64,000 nt of DNA from contig OZ024743.1 of assembly GCA_964016885.1 (NCBI GenBank), positions 349,866,001 to 349,930,000 of the forward strand, written 5' to 3'. The DNA is from Eledone cirrhosa (Eukaryota). This document shows, in pieces, positions 27,696-44,209 of this stretch. Numbering within the stretch: the first letter of the stretch is position 1; each line of letters opens with the position of its first letter. The notes under the pieces are model-generated. The model saw nothing but the letters and a program-made list of their open reading frames with translations. It made no database searches and was not told the DNA's origin. The translations under genes were made by a program, and so were the position numbers.

Positions 27696-28299
27696 ATATA
27701 TATATGTGTGTGTGTGCGCGCGTGCGCGAGTATGTGTAAAAGGTTAACTGAAATAACAACACAAATGGGACTGAAGATTGTGTAGACGGCAGCGCAAAAT
27801 CGGAAAAAAAACTTAGAGAAAAATAACAAGTGGATATGTAGAAAAAGGGTTATCATTACTAAAGGATAGGAAGTTAAACGGTACAATCGACTTCACTTTG
27901 GAGTATGCAACTATTATTTTCAAGGCAGCAAATTCAATTTCAAAGAAGCTCCCGTCTTTAAAATAAAAATGACTTCTTTCGCAATTCGGAAAATCTAATA
28001 TACAATATAACGTGGAAAGGCCTGCTCGACATTATGTTACACGGGCTCTTCACTCCGAAAACGAATGACAGTTTATCGTCTACAAACCAGGGACCAATGA
28101 ACCAGAAAGATCCCTCTCAGTCAACACGTAGAGTAACGTGCAGGGCGAATCGACCCAAATTTCGAGGTCTTCCCTTCCTATTAGCGTAGTGAAAATTTCA
28201 CTTCGTAAAAACAGAGTAGTAAGGATAGATTTTTCATTAATCAATTCAAACCAAAACAATGTTTTACGCACAAAAAAATGTATATACAAAAATAAATAT

Positions 28300-28363
<64 letters not shown>

Positions 28364-28634
28364 ATAAACGGAAAAAATGAAACGAAATTTCATTTCCCAC
28401 TCTTAGTACGGCTGTTACTTAAATATAAGTATGTTTACGTACATACATATATGTATACAGACGTACAGTAGTATATATATATATATATACATACATGTCC
28501 ACATATATATATGTACGTATGGATGCACCGAACATTTATTATAATGCTCGGTGTGTTTGTAAACAAACATCCCGAATTAAGCCATACAGTGTCTAGCAAC
28601 CATCGTTGCTCATTTGTACAACACTGACAAAGGA

Positions 28635-28677
28635 ACGCTGTACTAGTTTCAAGCTTATTAGCTATCGTCAGCAACAT
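28635..28677 (-). ncRNA. Type I hammerhead ribozyme motif, array unit 1
   Basis: Minus strand ATGTTG-CTGACGA-T-AGCT-AATA-AGCT-T-GAAA-CTAG-TA-CAGCGT: 6-bp stem I (2 GU), stem II AGCT/AGCT closed by U.U, palindromic stem III ACTAGT, GUA site. Confidence 0.75.
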
Positions 28678-28904
28678 ATACCTTCCTGCCAGATGGTTGA
28701 ACGTCTGAAAGTATATACTTTTCTTATGCATATTAACACGGCTGAGCAGCCTAATTTGCATATCGTGTGAGTTAATCGGCCGGGGTACCGAAAACGATAA
28801 ACGGAAAAAATGAAACGAAATTTCATTTCTCACTCTTAGTACGCCTGTTACTTAAATATAAGTATGTATATGTACATATATATATGTATACAGACGTACA
28901 GTAG

Positions 28905-29017
<113 letters not shown>

Positions 29018-29055
29018 TTGCGAGGTTTTTTATATGAATTCGTGTGTCGAAACAA

Positions 29056-29405
29056 ATATTGTTATACTTGGGGAGGGTCATATTTGTGTAATATTGCCAG
29101 AATTAATAACAGAACACACTCACTGTTTGGTTGGTTTTCGCTTTTCGCTTCTGTGTCTTTTATATCGGTAATCTAATATACTCGGTCCTCAATGTTGCCA
29201 TTGACTGACCGACGGTCAAAAATAATATAGATACACTATAGACACAAACACATATATATAGTTTATCATTGAGGACCGAGTATATTAGATTACCGATATA
29301 AAAGACACAGAAGCGAAAAGCGAAAACCAACCAAACAGTGAGTGTGTTCTGTTATTAATTCTGGCAATATTACACAAATATGACCCTCCCCAAGTATAAC
29401 AATAT
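29056..29405. repeat. Perfect 139-bp inverted repeat with 72-bp spacer (unit 2 shown; present in all 11 units)
   Basis: 29056-29194 is the reverse complement of 29267-29405. Confidence 0.95.
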
Positions 29406-29656
29406 ATATATATATATATATATAGGAAAATAGTCAGGACCCCGACGGCTGAGCTCCGGCCGTTTCGACAGCTAGATTCTACTACCCTAAGTATCGAATA
29501 CTCTGATGCGTTATGGTCCAGCTTGTTCCTTACCACACTTTTTATTTTGTTATATATATATATATATAAATACATATATTTAATCAAGGCTAAATTATGA
29601 GTCGTGTTACTCTGGCGTTCCGCCTGTCTATGACATGCTCATTAGATATTGTCTGA

Positions 29657-29725
<69 letters not shown>

Positions 29726-29852
29726 ATATATATATGTGTGTGTGTGCGCGCGTGCGCGAGTATGTGTAAAAGGTTAACTGAAATAACAACACAAATGGGA
29801 CAGTGTATGGAAGGAATATATTAGTTTAGCGCTTGAAATAGCAGGAAGAGGG

Positions 29853-29888
29853 TCTTAACGTTTCGAACGCTAATCGTTCATCAGAAGA
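29853..29888 (-). ncRNA. Second, decayed minimal hammerhead motif in array units 2-11 (unit 2 shown)
   Basis: Minus strand TCTT-CTGATGA-A-CGAT-TAGC-GTTC-GAAA-CGTT-AAGA; homologous to 7136-7171 but stem II is mismatched; deleted in unit 1. Confidence 0.55.
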
Positions 29889-30438
29889 ACGAACGAGAAA
29901 TTTGAAAGACTGAAGATTGTGAAGACGGCAGCGCAAAATCGGAAAAAAAACTTAGAGAAAAATAACAAGTGGATATGTAGAAAAAGGGTTATCATTACTA
30001 AAGGATAGGAAGTTAAACGGTACAATCGACTTCACTTTGGAGTATGCAACTATTATTTTCAAGGCAGCAAATTCAATTTCAAAGAAGCTCCCGTCTTTAA
30101 AATAAAAATGACTTCTTTCGCAATTCGGAAAATCTAATATACAATATAACGTGGAAAGGCCTGCTCGACATTATGTTACACGGGCTCTTCACTCCGAAAA
30201 CGAATGACAGTTTATCGTCTACAAACCAGGGACCAATGAACCAGAAAGATCCCTCTCAGTCAACACGTAGAGTAACGTGCAGGGCGAATCGACCCAAATT
30301 TCGAGGTCTTCCCTTCCTATTAGCGTAGTGAAAATTTCACTTCGTAAAAACAGAGTAGTAAGGATAGATTTTTCATTAATCAATTCAAACCAAAACAATG
30401 TTTTACGCACAAAAAAATGTATATACAAAAATAAATAT

Positions 30439-30500
<62 letters not shown>

Positions 30501-30771
30501 ATAAACGGAAAAAATGAAACGAAATTTCATTTCCCACTCTTAGTACGGCTGTTACTTAAATATAAGTATGTTTACGTACATACATATATGTATACAGACG
30601 TACAGTAGTATATATATATATATATACATACATGTCCACATATATATATGTACGTATGGATGCACCGAACATTTATTATAATGCTCGGTGTGTTTGTAAA
30701 CAAACATCCCGAATTAAGCCATACAGTGTCTAGCAACCATCGTTGCTCATTTGTACAACACTGACAAAGGA

Positions 30772-30814
30772 ACGCTGTACTAGTTTCAAGCTTATTAGCT
30801 ATCGTCAGCAACAT
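30772..30814 (-). ncRNA. Type I hammerhead motif, array unit 2
   Basis: Identical to 28635-28677. Confidence 0.75.
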
Positions 30815-31039
30815 ATACCTTCCTGCCAGATGGTTGAACGTCTGAAAGTATATACTTTTCTTATGCATATTAACGGCTGAGCAGCCTAATTTGCATATCG
30901 TGTGAGTTAATCGGCCGGGGTACCGAAAACGATAAACGGAAAAAATGAAACGAAATTTCATTTCTCACTCTTAGTACGCCTGTTACTTAAATATAAGTAT
31001 GTATATGTACATATATATATGTATACAGACGTACAGTAG

Positions 31040-31232
<193 letters not shown>

Positions 31233-31612
31233 TTGCGAGGTTTTTTATATGAATTCGTGTGTCGAAACAAATATTGTTATACTTGGGGAGGGTCATATTT
31301 GTGTAATATTGCCAGAATTAATAACAGAACACACTCACTGTTTGGTTGGTTTTCGCTTTTCGCTTCTGTGTCTTTTATATCGGTAATCTAATATACTCGG
31401 TCCTCAATGTTGCCATTGACTGACCGACGGTCAAAAATAATATAGATACACTATAGACACAAACACATATATATAGTTTATCATTGAGGACCGAGTATAT
31501 TAGATTACCGATATAAAAGACACAGAAGCGAAAAGCGAAAACCAACCAAACAGTGAGTGTGTTCTGTTATTAATTCTGGCAATATTACACAAATATGACC
31601 CTCCCCAAGTAT

Positions 31613-31667
<55 letters not shown>

Positions 31668-31897
31668 AAAAGAGTCAGGACCCCGACGGCTGAGCTCCGG
31701 CCGTTTCGACAGCTAGATTCTACTACCCTAAGTATCGAATACTCTGATGCGTTATGGTCCAGCTTGTTCCTTACCACACTTTTTATTTTGTTATATATAT
31801 ATATATATAAATACATATATTTAATCAAGGCTAAATTATGAGTCGTGTTACTCTGGCGTTCCGCCTGTCTATGACATGCTCATTAGATATTGTCTGA

Positions 31898-31942
<45 letters not shown>

Positions 31943-32655
31943 ATATATATATGTGTGTGTGTGCGCGCGTGCGCGAGTATGTGTAAAAGGTTAACTGAAA
32001 TAACAACACAAATGGGACAGTGTATGGAAGGAATATATTAGTTTAGCGCTTGAAATAGCAGGAAGGGGGTCTTAACGTTTCGAACGCTAATCGTTCATCA
32101 GAAGAACGAACGAGAAATTTGAAAGACTGAAGATTGTGAAGACGGCAGCGCAAAATCGGAAAAAAAACTTAGAGAAAAATAACAAGTGGATATGTAGAAA
32201 AAGGGTTATCATTACTAAAGGATAGGAAGTTAAACGGTACAATCGACTTCACTTTGGAGTATGCAACTATTATTTTCAAGGCAGCAAATTCAATTTCAAA
32301 GAAGCTCCCGTCTTTAAAATAAAAATGACTTCTTTCGCAATTCGGAAAATCTAATATACAATATAACGTGGAAAGGCCTGCTCGACATTATGTTACACGG
32401 GCTCTTCACTCCGAAAACGAATGACAGTTTATCGTCTACAAACCAGGGACCAATGAACCAGAAAGATCCCTCTCAGTCAACACGTAGAGTAACGTGCAGG
32501 GCGAATCGACCCAAATTTCGAGGTCTTCCCTTCCTATTAGCGTAGTGAAAATTTCACTTCGTAAAAACAGAGTAGTAAGGATAGATTTTTCATTAATCAA
32601 TTCAAACCAAAACAATGTTTTACGCACAAAAAAATGTATATACAAAAATAAATAT

Positions 32656-32709
<54 letters not shown>

Positions 32710-32982
32710 ATATAAACGGAAAAAATGAAACGAAATTTCATTTCCCACTCTTAGTACGGCTGTTACTTAAATATAAGTATGTTTACGTACATACATATAT
32801 GTATACAGACGTACAGTAGTATATATATATATATATACATACATGTCCACATATATATATGTACGTATGGATGCACCGAACATTTATTATAATGCTCGGT
32901 GTGTTTGTAAACAAACATCCCGAATTAAGCCATACAGTGTCTAGCAACCATCGTTGCTCATTTGTACAACACTGACAAAGGA

Positions 32983-33025
32983 ACGCTGTACTAGTTTCAA
33001 GCTTATTAGCTATCGTCAGCAACAT
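32983..33025 (-). ncRNA. Type I hammerhead motif, array unit 3
   Basis: Identical to 28635-28677. Confidence 0.75.
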
Positions 33026-33267
33026 ATACCTTCCTGCCAGATGGTTGAACGTCTGAAAGTATATACTTTTCTTATGCATATTAACGGCTGAGCAGCCTAA
33101 TTTGCATATCGTGTGAGTTAATCGGCCGGGGTACCGAAAACGATAAACGGAAAAAATGAAACGAAATTTCATTTCTCACTCTTAGTACGCCTGTTACTTA
33201 AATATAAGTATGTATATGTACATATATATATGTATACAGACGTACAGTAGTATGTATATATATATAT

Positions 33268-33430
<163 letters not shown>

Positions 33431-33813
33431 GTTTTGCGAGGTTTTTTATATGAATTCGTGTGTCGAAACAAATATTGTTATACTTGGGGAGGGTCATATT
33501 TGTGTAATATTGCCAGAATTAATAACAGAACACACTCACTGTTTGGTTGGTTTTCGCTTTTCGCTTCTGTGTCTTTTATATCGGTAATCTAATATACTCG
33601 GTCCTCAATGTTGCCATTGACTGACCGACGGTCAAAAATAATATAGATACACTATAGACACAAACACATATATATAGTTTATCATTGAGGACCGAGTATA
33701 TTAGATTACCGATATGAAAGACACAGAAGCGAAAAGCGAAAACCAACCAAACAGTGAGTGTGTTCTGTTATTAATTCTGGCAATATTACACAAATATGAC
33801 CTTCCCCAAGTAT

Positions 33814-33862
<49 letters not shown>

Positions 33863-34090
33863 AAAAGTGTCAGGACCCCGACGGCTGAGCTCCGGCCGTT
33901 TCGACAGCTAGATTCTACTACCCTAAGTATCGAATACTCTGATGCGTTATGGTCCAGCTTGTTCCTTACCACACTTTTTATTTTGTTATATATATATATA
34001 TAAATACATATATTTAATCAAGGCTAAATTATGAGTCGTGTTACTCTGGCGTTCCGCCTGTCTATGACATGCTCATTAGATATTGTCTGA

Positions 34091-34155
<65 letters not shown>

Positions 34156-34868
34156 ATATATATATGTGTGTGTGTGCGCGCGTGCGCGAGTATGTGTAAA
34201 AGGTTAACTGAAATAACAACACAAATGGGACAGTGTATGGAAGGAATATATTAGTTTAGCGCTTGAAATAGCAGGAAGAGGGTCTTAACGTTTCGAACGC
34301 TAATCGTTCATCAGAAGAACGAACGAGAAATTTGAAAGACTGAAGATTGTGAAGACGGCAGCGCAAAATCGGAAAAAAAACTTAGAGAAAAATAACAAGT
34401 GGATATGTAGAAAAAGGGTTATCATTACTAAAGGATAGGAAGTTAAACGGTACAATCGACTTCACTTTGGAGTATGCAACTATTATTTTCAAGGCAGCAA
34501 ATTCAATTTCAAAGAAGCTCCCGTCTTTAAAATAAAAATGACTTCTTTCGCAATTCGGAAAATCTAATATACAATATAACGTGGAAAGGCCTGCTCGACA
34601 TTATGTTACACGGGCTCTTCACTCCGAAAACGAATGACAGTTTATCGTCTACAAACCAGGGACCAATGAACCAGAAAGATCCCTCTCAGTCAACACGTAG
34701 AGTAACGTGCAGGGCGAATCGACCCAAATTTCGAGGTCTTCCCTTCCTATTAGCGTAGTGAAAATTTCACTTCGTAAAAACAGAGTAGTAAGGATAGATT
34801 TTTCATTAATCAATTCAAACCAAAACAATGTTTTACGCACAAAAAAATGTATATACAAAAATAAATAT

Positions 34869-34948
<80 letters not shown>

Positions 34949-35217
34949 AAACGGAAAAAATGAAACGAAATTTCATTTCCCACTCTTAGTACGGCTGTTA
35001 CTTAAATATAAGTATGTTTACGTACATACATATATGTATACAGACGTACAGTAGTATATATATATATATATACATACATCTCCACATATATATACGTACG
35101 TATGGATGCACCGAACATTTATTATAATGCTCGGTGTGTTTGTAAACAAACATCCCGAATTAAGCCATACAGTGTCTAGCAACCATCGTTGCTCATTTGT
35201 TCAACACTGACAAAGGA

Positions 35218-35260
35218 ACGCTGTACTAGTTTCAAGCTTATTAGCTATCGTCAGCAACAT
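35218..35260 (-). ncRNA. Type I hammerhead motif, array unit 4
   Basis: Identical to 28635-28677. Confidence 0.75.
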
Positions 35261-35485
35261 ATACCTTCCTGCCAGATGGTTGAACGTCTGAAAGTATATA
35301 CTTTTCTTATGCATATTAACGGCTGAGCAGCCTAATTTGCATATCGTGTGAGTTAATCGGCCGGGGTACCGAAAACGATAAACGGAAAAAATGAAACGAA
35401 ATTTCATTTCTCACTCTTAGTACGCCTGTTACTTAAATATAAGTATGTATATGTACATATATATATGTATACAGACGTACAGTAG

Positions 35486-35678
<193 letters not shown>

Positions 35679-36058
35679 TTGCGAGGTTTTTTATATGAAT
35701 TCGTGTGTCGAAACAAATATTGTTATACTTGGGGAGGGTCATATTTGTGTAATATTGCCAGAATTAATAACAGAACACACTCACTGTTTGGTTGGTTTTC
35801 GCTTTTCGCTTCTGTGTCTTTTATATCGGTAATCTAATATACTCGGTCCTCAATGTTGCCATTGACTGACCGACGGTCAAAAATAATATAGATACACTAT
35901 AGACACAAACACATATATATAGTTTATCATTGAGGACCGAGTATATTAGATTACCGATATAAAAGACACAGAAGCGAAAAGCGAAAACCAACCAAACAGT
36001 GAGTGTGTTCTGTTATTAATTCTGGCAATATTACACAAATATGACCCTCCCCAAGTAT

Positions 36059-36109
<51 letters not shown>

Positions 36110-36339
36110 AAAAGAGTCAGGACCCCGACGGCTGAGCTCCGGCCGTTTCGACAGCTAGATTCTACTACCCTAAGTATCGAATACTCTGATGCGTTATGGT
36201 CCAGCTTGTTCCTTACCACACTTTTTATTTTGTTATATATATATATATATAAATACATATATTTAATCAAGGCTAAATTATGAGTCGTGTTACTCTGGCG
36301 TTCCGCCTGTCTATGACATGCTCATTAGATATTGTCTGA

Positions 36340-36380
<41 letters not shown>

Positions 36381-37087
36381 ATATATATATGTGTGTGTGT
36401 GCGCGCGTGCGCGAGTATGTGTAAAAGGTTAACTGAAATAACAACACAAATGGGACAGTGTATGGAAGGAATATATTAGTTTAGCGCTTGAAATAGCAGG
36501 AAGAGGGTCTTAACGTTTCGAACGCTAATCGTTCATCAGAAGAACGAACGAGAAATTTGAAAGACTGAAGATTGTGAAGACGGCAGCGCAAAATCGGAAA
36601 AAAAACTTAGAGAAAAATAACAAGTGGATATGTAGAAAAAGGGTTATCATTACTAAAGGATAGGAAGTTAAACGGTACAATCGACTTCACTTTGGAGTAT
36701 GCAACTATTATTTTCAAGGCAGCAAATTCAATTTCAAAGAAGCTTTAAAATAAAAATGACTTCTTTCGCAATTCGGAAAATCTAATATACAATATAACGT
36801 GGAAAGGCCTGCTCGACATTATGTTACACGGGCTCTTCACTCCGAAAACGAATGACAGTTTATCGTCTACAAACCAGGGACCATATGAACCAGAAAGATC
36901 CCTCTCAGTCAACACGTAGAGTAACGTGCAGGGCGAATCGACCCAAATTTCGAGGTCTTCCCTTCCTATTAGCGTAGTGAAAATTTCACTTCGTAAAAAC
37001 AGAGTAGTAAGGATAGATTTTTCATTAATCAATTCAAACCAAAACAATGTTTTACGCACAAAAAAATGTATATACAAAAATAAATAT

Positions 37088-37167
<80 letters not shown>

Positions 37168-37438
37168 ATAAACGGAAAAAATGAAACGAAATTTCATTTC
37201 CCACTCTTAGTACGGCTGTTACTTAAATATAAGTATGTTTACGTACATACATATATGTATACAGACGTACAGTAGTATATATATATATATATACATACAT
37301 CTCCACATATATATATGTACGTATGGATGCACCGAACATTTATTATAATGCTCGGTGTGTTTGTAAACAAACATCCCGAATTAAGCCATACAGTGTCTAG
37401 CAACCATCGTTGCTCATTTGTTCAACACTGACAAAGGA

Positions 37439-37481
37439 ACGCTGTACTAGTTTCAAGCTTATTAGCTATCGTCAGCAACAT
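37439..37481 (-). ncRNA. Type I hammerhead motif, array unit 5
   Basis: Identical to 28635-28677. Confidence 0.75.
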
Positions 37482-37706
37482 ATACCTTCCTGCCAGATGG
37501 TTGAACGTCTGAAAGTATATACTTTTCTTATGCATATTAACGGCTGAGCAGCCTAATTTGCATATCGTGTGAGTTAATCGGCCGGGGTACCGAAAACGAT
37601 AAACGGAAAAAATGAAACGAAATTTCATTTCTCACTCTTAGTACGCCTGTTACTTAAATATAAGTATGTATATGTACATATATATATGTATACAGACGTA
37701 CAGTAG

Positions 37707-37905
<199 letters not shown>

Positions 37906-38285
37906 TTGCGAGGTTTTTTATATGAATTCGTGTGTCGAAACAAATATTGTTATACTTGGGGAGGGTCATATTTGTGTAATATTGCCAGAATTAATAACAG
38001 AACACACTCACTGTTTGGTTGGTTTTCGCTTTTCGCTTCTGTGTCTTTTATATCGGTAATCTAATATACTCGGTCCTCAATGTTGCCATTGACTGACCGA
38101 CGGTCAAAAATAATATAGATACACTATAGACACAAACACATATATATAGTTTATCATTGAGGACCGAGTATATTAGATTACCGATATAAAAGACACAGAA
38201 GCGAAAAGCGAAAACCAACCAAACAGTGAGTGTGTTCTGTTATTAATTCTGGCAATATTACACAAATATGACCCTCCCCAAGTAT

Positions 38286-38338
<53 letters not shown>

Positions 38339-38568
38339 AAAAGAGTCAGGACCCCGACGGCTGAGCTCCGGCCGTTTCGACAGCTAGATTCTACTACCCT
38401 AAGTATCGAATACTCTGATGCGTTATGGTCCAGCTTGTTCCTTACCACACTTTTTATTTTGTTATATATATATATATATAAATACATATATTTAATAAAG
38501 GCTAAATTATGAGTCGTGTTACTCTGGCGTTCCGCCTGTCTATGACATGCTCATTAGATATTGTCTGA

Positions 38569-38629
<61 letters not shown>

Positions 38630-39338
38630 ATATATATATGTGTGTGTGTGCGCGCGTGCGCGAGTATGTGTAAAAGGTTAACTGAAATAACAACACAAAT
38701 GGGACAGTGTATGGAAGGAATATATTAGTTTAGCGCTTGAAATAGCAGGAAGAGGGTCTTAACGTTTCGAACGCTAATCGTTCATCAGAAGAACGAACGA
38801 GAAATTTGAAAGACTGAAGATTGTGAAGACGGCAGCGCAAAATCGGAAAAAAAACTTAGAGAAAAATAACAAGTGGATATGTAGAAAAAGGGTTATCATT
38901 ACTAAAGGATAGGAAGTTAAACGGTACAATCGACTTCACTTTGGAGTATGCAACTATTATTTTCAAGGCAGCAAATTCAATTTCAAAGAAGCTTTAAAAT
39001 AAAAATGACTTCTTTCGCAATTCGGAAAATCTAATATACAATATAACGTGGAAAGGCCTGCTCGACATTATGTTACACGGGCTCTTCACTCCGAAAACGA
39101 ATGACAGTTTATCGTCTACAAACCAGGGACCATATGAACCAGAAAGATCCCTCTCAGTCAACACGTAGAGTAACGTGCAGGGCGAATCGACCCAAATTTC
39201 GAGGTCTTCCCTTCCTATTAGCGTAGTGAAAATTTCACTTCGTAAAAACAGAGTAGTAAGGATAGATTTTTCATTAATCAATTCAAACCAAAACAATGTT
39301 TTACGCACAAAAAAATGTATATACAAAAATAAATATAT

Positions 39339-39405
<67 letters not shown>

Positions 39406-39688
39406 GTATATATATATAAACGGAAAAAATGAAACGAAATTTCATTTCCCACTCTTAGTACGGCTGTTACTTAAATATAAGTATGTTTACGTACATACAT
39501 ATATGTATACAGACGTACAGTAGTATATATATATATATATATACATACATCTCCACATATATATATGTACGTATGGATGCACCGAACATTTATTATAATG
39601 CTCGGTGTGTTTGTAAACAAACATCCCGAATTAAGCCATACAGTGTCTAGCAACCATCGTTGCTCATTTGTTCAACACTGACAAAGGA

Positions 39689-39731
39689 ACGCTGTACTAG
39701 TTTCAAGCTTATTAGCTATCGTCAGCAACAT
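39689..39731 (-). ncRNA. Type I hammerhead motif, array unit 6
   Basis: Identical to 28635-28677. Confidence 0.75.
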
Positions 39732-39956
39732 ATACCTTCCTGCCAGATGGTTGAACGTCTGAAAGTATATACTTTTCTTATGCATATTAACGGCTGAGCA
39801 GCCTAATTTGCATATCGTGTGAGTTAATCGGCCGGGGTACCGAAAACGATAAACGGAAAAAATGAAACGAAATTTCATTTCTCACTCTTAGTACGCCTGT
39901 TACTTAAATATAAGTATGTATATGTACATATATATATGTATACAGACGTACAGTAG

Positions 39957-40151
<195 letters not shown>

Positions 40152-40532
40152 TTGCGAGGTTTTTTATATGAATTCGTGTGTCGAAACAAATATTGTTATA
40201 CTTGGGGAGGGTCATATTTGTGTAATATTGCCAGAATTAATAACAGAACACACTCACTGTTTGGTTGGTTTTCGCTTTTCGCTTCTGTGTCTTTTATATG
40301 GGTAATCTAATATACTCGGTCCTCAATGTTGCCATTGACTGACCGACGGTCAAAAATAATATAGATACACTATAGACACAAACACATATATATAGTTTAT
40401 CATTGAGGACCGAGTATATTAGATTACCGATATGAAAGACACAGAAGCGAAAAGCGAAAACCAACCAAACAGTGAGTGTGTTCTGTTATTAATTCTGGCA
40501 ATATTACACAAATATGACCTTCCCCAAGTATG

Positions 40533-40578
<46 letters not shown>

Positions 40579-40806
40579 AAAAGTGTCAGGACCCCGACGG
40601 CTGAGCTCCGGCCGTTTCGACAGCTAGATTCTACTACCCTAAGTATCGAATACTCTGATGCGTTATGGTCCAGCTTGTTCCTTACCACACTTTTTATTTT
40701 GTTATATATATATATATAAATACATATATTTAATCAAGGCTAAATTATGAGTCGTGTTACTCTGGCGTTCCGCCTGTCTATGACATGCTCGTTAGATATT
40801 GTCTGA

Positions 40807-40869
<63 letters not shown>

Positions 40870-41582
40870 ATATATATATGTGTGTGTGTGCGCGCGTGTG
40901 CGAGTATGTGTAAAAGGTTAACTGAAATAACAACACAAATGGGACAGTGTATGGAAGGAATATATTAGTTTAGCGCTTGAAATAGCAGGAAGAGGGTCTT
41001 AACGTTTCGAACGCTAATCGTTCATCAGAAGAACGAACGAGAAATTTGAAAGACTGAAGATTGTGAAGACGGCAGCGCAAAATCGGAAAAAAAACTTAGA
41101 GAAAAATAACAAGTGGATATGTAGAAAAAGGGTTATCATTACTAAAGGATAGGAAGTTAAACGGTACAATCGACTTCACTTTGGAGTATGCAACTATTAT
41201 TTTCAAGGCAGCAAATTCAATTTCAAAGAAGCTCCCGTCTTTAAAATAAAAATGACTTCTTTCGCAATTCGGAAAATCTAATATACAATATAACGTGGAA
41301 AGGCCTGCTCGACATTATGTTACACGGGCTCTTCACTCCGAAAACGAATGACAGTTTATCGTCTACAAACCAGGGACCAATGAACCAGAAAGATCCCTCT
41401 CAGTCAACACGTAGAGTAACGTGCAGGGCGAATCGACCCAAATTTCGAGGTCTTCCCTTCCTATTAGCGTAGTGAAAATTTCACTTCGTAAAAACAGAGT
41501 AGTAAGGATAGATTTTTCATTAATCAATTCAAACCAAAACAATGTTTTACGCACAAAAAAATGTATATACAAAAATAAATAT

Positions 41583-41654
<72 letters not shown>

Positions 41655-41923
41655 AAACGGAAAAAATGAAACGAAATTTCATTTCCCACTCTTAGTACGG
41701 CTGTTACTTAAATATAAGTATGTTTACGTACATACATATATGTATACAGACGTACAGTAGTATATATATATATATATACATACATCTCCACATATATATA
41801 TGTACGTATGGATGCACCGAACATTTATTATAATGCTCGGTGTGTTTGTAAACAAACATCCCGAATTAAGCCATACAGTGTCTAGCAACCATCGTTGCTC
41901 ATTTGTTCAACACTGACAAAGGA

Positions 41924-41966
41924 ACGCTGTACTAGTTTCAAGCTTATTAGCTATCGTCAGCAACAT
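41924..41966 (-). ncRNA. Type I hammerhead motif, array unit 7
   Basis: Identical to 28635-28677. Confidence 0.75.
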
Positions 41967-42191
41967 ATACCTTCCTGCCAGATGGTTGAACGTCTGAAAG
42001 TATATACTTTTCTTATGCATATTAACGGCTGAGCAGCCTAATTTGCATATCGTGTGAGTTAATCGGCCGGGGTACCGAAAACGATAAACGGAAAAAATGA
42101 AACGAAATTTCATTTCTCACTCTTAGTACGCCTGTTACTTAAATATAAGTATGTATATGTACATATATATATGTATACAGACGTACAGTAG

Positions 42192-42392
<201 letters not shown>

Positions 42393-42772
42393 TTGCGAGG
42401 TTTTTTATATGAATTCGTGTGTCGAAACAAATATTGTTATACTTGGGGAGGGTCATATTTGTGTAATATTGCCAGAATTAATAACAGAACACACTCACTG
42501 TTTGGTTGGTTTTCGCTTTTCGCTTCTGTGTCTTTTATATCGGTAATCTAATATACTCGGTCCTCAATGTTGCCATTGACTGACCGACGGTCAAAAATAA
42601 TATAGATACACTATAGACACAAACACATATATATAGTTTATCATTGAGGACCGAGTATATTAGATTACCGATATAAAAGACACAGAAGCGAAAAGCGAAA
42701 ACCAACCAAACAGTGAGTGTGTTCTGTTATTAATTCTGGCAATATTACACAAATATGACCCTCCCCAAGTAT

Positions 42773-42825
<53 letters not shown>

Positions 42826-43055
42826 AAAAGAGTCAGGACCCCGACGGCTGAGCTCCGGCCGTTTCGACAGCTAGATTCTACTACCCTAAGTATCGAATAC
42901 TCTGATGCGTTATGGTCCAGCTTGTTCCTTACCACACTTTTTATTTTGTTATATATATATATATATAAATACATATATTTAATCAAGGCTAAATTATGAG
43001 TCGTGTTACTCTGGCGTTCCGCCTGTCTATGACATGCTCATTAGATATTGTCTGA

Positions 43056-43112
<57 letters not shown>

Positions 43113-43825
43113 ATATATATATGTGTGTGTGTGCGCGCGTGCGCGAGTATGTGTAAAAGGTTAACTGAAATAACAACACAAATGGGACAGTGTATGGAAG
43201 GAATATATTAGTTTAGCGCTTGAAATAGCAGGAAGAGGGTCTTAACGTTTCGAACGCTAATCGTTCATCAGAAGAACGAACGAGAAATTTGAAAGACTGA
43301 AGATTGTGAAGACGGCAGCGCAAAATCGGAAAAAAAACTTAGAGAAAAATAACAAGTGGATATGTAGAAAAAGGGTTATCATTACTAAAGGATAGGAAGT
43401 TAAACGGTACAATCGACTTCACTTTGGAGTATGCAACTATTATTTTCAAGGCAGCAAATTCAATTTCAAAGAAGCTCCCGTCTTTAAAATAAAAATGACT
43501 TCTTTCGCAATTCGGAAAATCTAATATACAATATAACGTGGAAAGGCCTGCTCGACATTATGTTACACGGGCTCTTCACTCCGAAAACGAATGACAGTTT
43601 ATCGTCTACAAACCAGGGACCAATGAACCAGAAAGATCCCTCTCAGTCAACACGTAGAGTAACGTGCAGGGCGAATCGACCCAAATTTCGAGGTCTTCCC
43701 TTCCTATTAGCGTAGTGAAAATTTCACTTCGTAAAAACAGAGTAGTAAGGATAGATTTTTCATTAATCAATTCAAACCAAAACAATGTTTTACGCACAAA
43801 AAAATGTATATACAAAAATAAATAT

Positions 43826-43897
<72 letters not shown>

Positions 43898-44166
43898 AAA
43901 CGGAAAAAATGAAACGAAATTTCATTTCCCACTCTTAGTACGGCTGTTACTTAAATATAAGTATGTTTACGTACATACATATATGTATACAGACGTACAG
44001 TAGTATATATATATATATATACATACATCTCCACATATATATATGTACGTATGGATGCACCGAACATTTATTATAATGCTCGGTGTGTTTGTAAACAAAC
44101 ATCCCGAATTAAGCCATACAGTGTCTAGCAACCATCGTTGCTCATTTGTTCAACACTGACAAAGGA

Positions 44167-44209
44167 ACGCTGTACTAGTTTCAAGCTTATTAGCTATCGT
44201 CAGCAACAT
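44167..44209 (-). ncRNA. Type I hammerhead motif, array unit 8
   Basis: Identical to 28635-28677. Confidence 0.75.

Noticed and set aside
29908-29946. Plus-strand hammerhead CTGAAGA...GAAA in the array unit
   Set aside because: Stem II does not abut the core and no stem I/III or NUH site can be formed.
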